Below, piece by piece: positions 8,167 through 13,825 of a stretch of DNA of 13,825 bases. The notes under the pieces are model-generated. The model searched no databases, was not told where the DNA came from, and saw only the letters and a program-made list of their open reading frames with translations. Positions within the stretch are counted from its first letter, which is position 1, and each line of letters begins with the position of its first letter. The position numbers were made by a program, and so were the translations under genes. This DNA is from Candidatus Thorarchaeota archaeon SMTZ1-45 (lineage in GTDB: Archaea > Asgardarchaeota > Thorarchaeia > Thorarchaeales > Thorarchaeaceae): assembly GCA_001563335.1 (NCBI GenBank), contig LRSL01000088.1, positions 1 through 13,825 of the forward strand, written 5' to 3'.

Positions 8167-9135
8167 TTGTCAATGTCTGTAAAGAGTTTGCGAAGACTAA
8201 TCTTTCTTGTCGTTCTGATACTCTTTACGGTAAGTCCCCTATCTGTCACTACAACGACTGGGCAGCTTATATTGACTGATCTCAATGGAGTTAAAATTGC
8301 CCTTTATTATGGGGATCCATCATCGAGTGCGAGTAGCAGAACTGCTCTACAATTCATGTTCTCTTGGATGAATGCAACGGTAGATATTCTTGATGCTTCA
8401 GATATAAAATATGGCAATCTTGATGGATATGATATTGTAGTTATCCCAGGAGGTTGGGCTGGGACCTATAACATGGAACTTGCAGGAACAGGCATAACGG
8501 AAATCAGAAACTTCGTCCGAGATGGAGGTGCATTCTTTGGAGTTTGTGCTGGAGCATACTTTGGTTGTGACAAGATACGCTGGGAGGGTGAAGTCCTCGA
8601 ATATCAAATGGATCTCTTCGAAGGTTATGGAATAGGTCCAGTTGAGGAAATAGCAATATGGCCTAATTTTGCTATGACTGAGATTATTATAAACCACTCA
8701 TCTTCAATTATTGATTTTTCTGGAGAGCCATCAAACCATTCAGTAATGTATTATGGCGGACCTTGGTTTAACATAACAGACAAGGAAGGCATTCATTCAG
8801 TGGCAACCTACAAGGCGAATAATGAGTCTGCGATGATTGCATTCGAATATGAGGATGGAAGAGTATTTCTCTCCGGTCCTCATCCAGAATGGGAAGAAGG
8901 CTCTGATCGTGATAATTCTTCATGGGAAAATGGCTTTGATGATGAAGGATCTGAGTGGAACATGATGTTATCAGTTGCTATATGGCTGGTTGATGGTCAT
9001 GCAACGAATACTGAAACAACAAGCAAGTCTAGTGAAACTGCTCCTCCTCCCAATCTACTTGGAGTTTCATTGATACTTATTGGTTCATTCGGGATTGCAA
9101 TAGTCATTATATATGTTGAAAAAGGTCCGAAATGA
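8167..9135 (+). CDS. Secreted, membrane-anchored class I glutamine amidotransferase-like (BPL_N-type) protein
   Basis: It has an N-terminal basic+hydrophobic signal segment, then YDIVVIPGG, IRNFVRDGGAFFGVCAGAY (nucleophile-elbow Cys), YYGGP and LSGPHPE. A S/T/P-rich linker leads to a C-terminal TM helix. Several N-X-S/T sequons are present. The start is TTG 8167 or ATG 8173. Confidence 0.8.
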   Translation: MSMSVKSLRRLIFLVVLILFTVSPLSVTTTTGQLILTDLNGVKIALYYGDPSSSASSRTALQFMFSWMNATVDILDASDIKYGNLDGYDIVVIPGGWAGTYNMELAGTGITEIRNFVRDGGAFFGVCAGAYFGCDKIRWEGEVLEYQMDLFEGYGIGPVEEIAIWPNFAMTEIIINHSSSIIDFSGEPSNHSVMYYGGPWFNITDKEGIHSVATYKANNESAMIAFEYEDGRVFLSGPHPEWEEGSDRDNSSWENGFDDEGSEWNMMLSVAIWLVDGHATNTETTSKSSETAPPPNLLGVSLILIGSFGIAIVIIYVEKGPK

Positions 9136-9149
9136 AGTGAAATAATCAA

Positions 9150-9207
9150 TGTTCATGAATGGTCATCTATGAACAAAGTTGTTCGATGGGTTTTTAATTG
9201 TTGTACA
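9150..9207 (+). promoter_or_regulatory. Promoter of ABC transporter operon with triple hexamer boxes; degenerate third copy of the conserved element
   Basis: TGTTCA (9150), TGGTCA (9160) and TGAACA (9170) occur at 10-bp period, followed by TTGTT, CGATGGG, a TATA-like TTTTTAAT (9191-9198) and TGTACA (9202-9207). Confidence 0.65.
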
Positions 9208-9234
9208 CTTTACAATACGAACCATCCTTAGGAT

Positions 9235-11169
9235 GTGAAAAGAGTGAGAAGAAGGAACGCTTTAGTTACCCTGCTCCTCATCGGATTCTTTCTTGTTACT
9301 TTAGTCGCTTTCACTCCGAATGCGGCTGCAGAAACACCAGAGGAAGAACCTAGATCGATAGTCGTAGGTATGTTTGAACAACCAGACTATCTTGGACCGA
9401 TGATGGCAGGCACCATTGCGGCCTGGGAGTTCCTCAATTGGATGTATGATCCATTGATCCGATGGGGAGACGACTGGACCGTAAAAGGAGGTCTTGTAGA
9501 TAGCTGGGAGTGGGCTGCAAATGGAACACAACTGACTCTGAATCTAGTACACAATGCAACGTGGCACGACGGTACCCCCTTCACTTCAAAAGATGTCAAT
9601 TGGACACTCTTTACCTGGACATGGCTAGGATGGTGGGTCGCACAGACTCCACGCATCGACCATAGAAATATCAGATGTCCTGATGACTATACTGTCGTCC
9701 TCAATTTCGTTGAGAGTGGATATGAGAGTATAGCAGCTTGGCAGGCTGCACCTCCATATTGGTATTGGAGAGACTCATATGACAATACCTCGGTAGAAGT
9801 AAATCAAGAATGTTTCTTAACTGGTTTAACATATGTTCCAATACTACCTGCTCATCTTTGGGATCCACTGATGTGGCATCATCCAGTATGGGGCTTGGAA
9901 GGTACAGGATATGGGTATTATGACGCCAATAACACCTGGGTATACCTTGGATATTGGGACTATTACAACTGGGATGGAATATCTTGGGGCACGATATTGC
10001 CTCCATTTGAACGGGAAGACATTGGTACTGGTCCATTTATCCTCAAAGAGTATGAAGTTGGTGAATACGCCATCTTTGAGGGCAATGATGACTATCATTG
10101 GGGCGCACCTGCAATCGATAATCTAACAGTCTTATTCTATTCATCAATTGAAACAATGACACAAGCTCTCAAAGCGGGAGAGATTGACTTCTGTGAAACT
10201 ACAGCCAACTTCATTGAAACTGGAGTGTTTGGCCCCGAGGTGACAATCAATGAAGTCAGTTCGCTAGGTTGGCAAGCTTTACTAACAAATCAAGACTGGA
10301 TTTATGCAAATACCACCGATGCATTTGCTCTGAGAGAGCCTGCGGTAAAAGTAGCAATTAACCAAGCTGTCAATAAATCGAATATAGTGAATGTCGCTTA
10401 TCTGGGACATGCTAGAGTAGCAGACTCTGTGATTCATAGCGAACTCAAATGGCACAATGATGCACTTGTGAAACGTGACGTTGGAGTTACTGAAGCAATG
10501 GCAACATTGGAGGCTGATGGTTGGGTTCTGAATGATGATGATGTCTATGAGAAGAACCTCAACGGAACTACAAAGACACTTTCGTTCACACTTAAATTCC
10601 AGACTGGCGATCCAACGGCTTTGAGCATGGCGCAGCTTATTGAGAGTGATTTAGAGGCGGCTGGTTTTGATATAACCCTCCAAGCACTTGATATCACAAC
10701 CTATACCGCAGATTTGCTAGGATACAATTTCGACCTAACTCTCGGCTATTGGTCTCAGATTGGTGATCCAAACAGCATGGCCCAGTACATGACATCAACC
10801 AGTTGGATTAATCCTACTGGTTTGAATGTACCAAGAGTCGATCAAATATACAAAGAGCAACAGCTGGCAACAGAATCTGCTCGTGAAGATCTAATTGATG
10901 AGATGCAACAGCTCATTTACGACGAAGCCAGTATCTGCGTTCTTGCAGAGATCAGTGATATTGAGATCTACAGAAACGACAGATGGGACTTCCCTAAGGC
11001 TGACTGGCTGAGTGGTATTCTGTCCATGTGGAACTGGGAATCTTGGCTCCATGCAGAATATGTACCGCCTGTTGGATTTCCTATCTCGATGGAACTTGCA
11101 ATTATTGCAGGTGCTGGAATCCTAGTTGTCGTTGTGGTATTAGTATACATGAGATCCAGAAGAAGCTAG
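9235..11169 (+). CDS. ABC transporter substrate-binding protein, family 5 (DppA/OppA-like), C-terminally membrane-anchored
   Basis: It has a signal peptide, then MYDPL, TWHDGTPFTSKDV, DDYTVV, ILPAHLW, IGTGPF, ALKAGEID and VKVAINQAVNK. The C-terminal TM helix ends in a basic tail (RSRRS). The start may be GTG 9244, as GGATGTGA just upstream is SD-like. Confidence 0.92.
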   Translation: MKRVRRRNALVTLLLIGFFLVTLVAFTPNAAAETPEEEPRSIVVGMFEQPDYLGPMMAGTIAAWEFLNWMYDPLIRWGDDWTVKGGLVDSWEWAANGTQLTLNLVHNATWHDGTPFTSKDVNWTLFTWTWLGWWVAQTPRIDHRNIRCPDDYTVVLNFVESGYESIAAWQAAPPYWYWRDSYDNTSVEVNQECFLTGLTYVPILPAHLWDPLMWHHPVWGLEGTGYGYYDANNTWVYLGYWDYYNWDGISWGTILPPFEREDIGTGPFILKEYEVGEYAIFEGNDDYHWGAPAIDNLTVLFYSSIETMTQALKAGEIDFCETTANFIETGVFGPEVTINEVSSLGWQALLTNQDWIYANTTDAFALREPAVKVAINQAVNKSNIVNVAYLGHARVADSVIHSELKWHNDALVKRDVGVTEAMATLEADGWVLNDDDVYEKNLNGTTKTLSFTLKFQTGDPTALSMAQLIESDLEAAGFDITLQALDITTYTADLLGYNFDLTLGYWSQIGDPNSMAQYMTSTSWINPTGLNVPRVDQIYKEQQLATESAREDLIDEMQQLIYDEASICVLAEISDIEIYRNDRWDFPKADWLSGILSMWNWESWLHAEYVPPVGFPISMELAIIAGAGILVVVVVLVYMRSRRS

Positions 11170-11189
11170 CATTAACAAGATAAGAAGTT

Positions 11190-11230
11190 AGAACAGGCAG
11201 TCAACTGCTGTCTGTTCTTCTTCTTTTTTT
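11190..11230 (+). terminator. Stem-loop plus pyrimidine/T tract between SBP and permease genes
   Basis: AGAACAGGCAG (11190-11200) pairs with CTGTCTGTTCT (11208-11218; one G.U) around a 7-nt loop, followed by TCTTCTTTTTTT. Confidence 0.65.
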
Positions 11231-11268
11231 CTTCATCTTGCAGCTATATAGATGAGTTGAAAGAGACT

Positions 11269-13825
11269 ATGGGACTAAGAGGAACTGTAGCAAAACGAAT
11301 AATTCAAGCAGTGATTACAATATGGATTGCACTATCACTTGATTTTGTGTTTTTCCACTTGCTTCCAGGCAATCCCGCATCACTTCTTGCAAGGAACCCA
11401 AACCTAGGTGAGCTTGTTCAAGAAAGGGTCATAGAAGAGTTTGGTCTTGACCAGCCATTGATTGTCCAATACGGTCTATTTGTTCGGAACTTTCTACCAG
11501 CTATTTTTGGTTTTGGAAACCTTGGAGTTTCATTTCATTTTCTTGTTCCTGTTGAAGAAATCATCTACAAGCGACTTTTGAATACGTTAGTGCTTGTTTT
11601 ACCAGCAACTATTATCTCCATTATTACTGGCTTATGGATTGGTAGGAAATCAGCTTGGAGAAGAGGTGAAAGGGAAGATGTTACAGGTCTTATGATATCT
11701 TTAGTTACCTATTCTATCCCTTCGTTTTGGCTTTCGATGTTTTTTATAATGTTATTCTCTGTAAATCTACATCTTTTTCCGTTGACACCTTGGAATCCTG
11801 GCACCAGTCCTCCTGATGCGATAGGTTTCATAGTAAACATGATATCACACATGATCTTGCCCTGGGCAGTGTTGTGGATAGCTCTGATAGGTTTCTTCGC
11901 TCTAATCATGAGAAGCGCACTCCTCGATGTTCTAAGTGAGGATTACATGATAACTGCGAAAGCAAAGGGGCGTACGGAAAGTGATCAACTCAATAAAGAA
12001 GCTGTTCCAAATGCTATGATTCCTGTTGCTACCGTTGTTGCTCTCAATATTGGAGCAACTGTTGCAGGTGCTCTGCAAGTGGAAGTTGTCTTCTCCTATC
12101 CTGGGATTGGACGACTTTTATGGGATGGTATCCTGTATCGAGATTATCCCCTCTTACAAGCCACTTTCTTCATAATTACAGTTGTTATAGTTGCCGCTAA
12201 TCTGATTGCAGACTTCTTGTATTACGTTCTTGATCCAAGAATTCGAATTGGGTCTGAGATGGTAATTTCAGAGGTGAAAAGGGAACCTCTTCACAAACGC
12301 CTAATAGATCCTCTGAGAATGCTCTTCCTTTTCCTCATACTTCTTAATCTTGGGACAATTATTGCATATCCAAACTATCTAGTACTAACTGCTATTATTT
12401 CTGTTCTGATAATTTGTTTTCTGAAAAGAAATGCACTTGCTCAATTCCTTCTAGGTCGTCTAAAATCATATTCGATTTCGAATTTGGCATTTCTATGGCA
12501 GCATTACAAGTTTAGATTACTCTCCCATATCTTACATCTATTTTTAACAATCAACCTTGTTACTCTCATCTCTATTGTTCTTCTGAATCTATATGGAATG
12601 GGATGGTCCCTCTCATGGGGTTTCACATTTATCGGAATAGGACAATTTCCACCACCAACTGGACTTGATGGACTGTCCTATTCACTCATGATTATTCTTT
12701 CATCCATTGCTCACCCTAGAATAACTCAAATAATCCTTGGTTTGATGTTTCTCAGCTGGGTTCTGGGTAGAAGGTCTAAGACCGAAGGTATGTTACGTCA
12801 GTACATCAATACACCAATGGGACAGTTTGGAACTGCTCTAGTTGCTTTCTTTGTGGGTCTTGCAATCTATGGTGATATAATTGCCCCTTATGATCCCGAA
12901 CAACATCTCACAGGGCTACCATATAGACGACCAAGTGAGTTGCCACTTGACCAATTCCTCTATATTTCCTTGAGTACAGGTCTTTTGATTTTTGGATTCG
13001 TTATGTATGGTTTTGTGTTTCTTAAACGAAAACCAAAAGCTCCAACTTCTTTTACTAGGATGCTACTAGGGATAGTAACAATATCAATTGCTATGATTCT
13101 AGGATACTATTCAATTATCGATTCTCATATTTTGGGAGTATATGCATCTGTGTTGATTGTGATTATTGGATTTTACATTTTACTTAAGGTCCGGTCAAAT
13201 CTCAAGCAACATCTTCGAAATTTGAGAACGTCCTTCTTATCATCGCTATCAATTAGTCTTGTCGCAATTGGGTTGATTCTATTCTTGGCATCAGGAATGC
13301 TGATTATCGCAGGTAATCCGACTGTGTTCCCAGGATTCCACATTCTGGGTACAGATCAATTAGGGCGAGATGTCTTTAGTCAAATGGTGATTGGTGTTAG
13401 AATTACACTCGTTATAGGACTGGTTGCTACCATAATCACAATGACAATTGGAACTATGACAGGACTCATTTCAGGATATTATGGAGGTCTCGCTGACTCG
13501 CTCCTTATGAGACTCACTGATATTTTTTTTGTAATTCCAGCTCTAGTGATAATGATAATACTGGCAGCGATTTTACCTCCATCAGTCTATACACTCATTT
13601 TTGTCATCGGAATTTTCTCATGGCCATCGACTGCGAGAATTGTTAGAGGACAGGTCTTGACAATCAAGGAACGTACATACATTGAACGTGTGCGATCTGT
13701 TGGAGGAAGTGATGTCTATATTATGGGTAAACACATCCTTCCTGCTGTAGCTCCTCTCATAGTTGCAAACACTGTTCTTGTTACTGCTTATGCAATACTT
13801 TCAGAAGTCGTCTTAGATTTCTTTG
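11269..13825 (+). CDS. Fused DppB-DppC (OppB-OppC) ABC transporter permease, 3'-truncated (>852 aa)
   Basis: Hand translation from ATG 11269 shows no stop to the window end. The DppB half has LLPGNP, FGLDQPL, LGVSF, SIPSFW, EDYMITAKAKG, VEVVFSYPGIG, RDYPLLQ and LDPRIR (ends 12246). The DppC half has IAPYDP, HILGTDQLGRD, ISGYYGG, MRLTDIF, ARIVRGQVL and KHILP. It is absent from the ORF track because it has no stop in the window. Confidence 0.9.
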   Translation, partial: MGLRGTVAKRIIQAVITIWIALSLDFVFFHLLPGNPASLLARNPNLGELVQERVIEEFGLDQPLIVQYGLFVRNFLPAIFGFGNLGVSFHFLVPVEEIIYKRLLNTLVLVLPATIISIITGLWIGRKSAWRRGEREDVTGLMISLVTYSIPSFWLSMFFIMLFSVNLHLFPLTPWNPGTSPPDAIGFIVNMISHMILPWAVLWIALIGFFALIMRSALLDVLSEDYMITAKAKGRTESDQLNKEAVPNAMIPVATVVALNIGATVAGALQVEVVFSYPGIGRLLWDGILYRDYPLLQATFFIITVVIVAANLIADFLYYVLDPRIRIGSEMVISEVKREPLHKRLIDPLRMLFLFLILLNLGTIIAYPNYLVLTAIISVLIICFLKRNALAQFLLGRLKSYSISNLAFLWQHYKFRLLSHILHLFLTINLVTLISIVLLNLYGMGWSLSWGFTFIGIGQFPPPTGLDGLSYSLMIILSSIAHPRITQIILGLMFLSWVLGRRSKTEGMLRQYINTPMGQFGTALVAFFVGLAIYGDIIAPYDPEQHLTGLPYRRPSELPLDQFLYISLSTGLLIFGFVMYGFVFLKRKPKAPTSFTRMLLGIVTISIAMILGYYSIIDSHILGVYASVLIVIIGFYILLKVRSNLKQHLRNLRTSFLSSLSISLVAIGLILFLASGMLIIAGNPTVFPGFHILGTDQLGRDVFSQMVIGVRITLVIGLVATIITMTIGTMTGLISGYYGGLADSLLMRLTDIFFVIPALVIMIILAAILPPSVYTLIFVIGIFSWPSTARIVRGQVLTIKERTYIERVRSVGGSDVYIMGKHILPAVAPLIVANTVLVTAYAILSEVVLDFF

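Noticed and set aside
8167-9135. Biotin-protein ligase
   Set aside because: Only the GATase-like BPL_N region is present. There is no GRGR-containing ligase domain, and the protein appears exported.
9235-9330. Tat signal peptide (RRRNAL) on the SBP
   Set aside because: It lacks the S/T-R-R-x-F-L consensus. A basic n-region of a Sec signal ending in AAA-E is an adequate explanation.
362-11909. The short ORFs (60-153 aa) in the track, e.g. 943..1404+, 424..732-, 9701..10036-, 11709..11909-
   Set aside because: All lie essentially within, or antisense to, long genes with clear family motifs and show no recognisable motifs of their own. They are treated as shadow ORFs.
12271-12277. GAGGTGA SD-like sequence inside the permease ORF as an internal start signal
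   Set aside because: No start codon lies at a suitable distance downstream. It simply encodes Glu-Val-Lys.

Overview
A gene-dense, AT-rich window that is probably archaeal. The evidence is BRE/TATA-like promoters, GGAG(G/T)TGA-type RBSs, TTG/GTG starts, and surface proteins with C-terminal membrane anchors and many N-X-S/T sequons. An Asgard/Thorarchaeia-like origin is a guess only. Nine genes form an apparent amide/peptide scavenging cluster: a 5'-truncated M24 fold hydrolase (+); a minus-strand run of M28 paralog B, class III aminotransferase, M28 paralog A, nitrilase-family amidase and M20A ArgE/DapE-like deacylase; and, on the plus strand, a secreted, membrane-anchored class I GATase-like (BPL_N) protein, a Trp-rich family 5 ABC substrate-binding protein and a >852-aa fused DppB-DppC permease that runs off the window and is missing from the ORF track. 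Notable points: (i) a 48-bp promoter element duplicated at 43/48 identity, plus a third degenerate copy, all built on TGTTCA-N4-TGAACA-like boxes, suggesting one regulon; (ii) two M28 paralogs, one intact and one with catalytic Glu->Gln and bridging Asp->Glu changes; (iii) an M24 protein lacking several metal ligands; (iv) a permease fusion with two extra multi-TM insertions. No RNA genes, CRISPR arrays or mobile elements were recognised.
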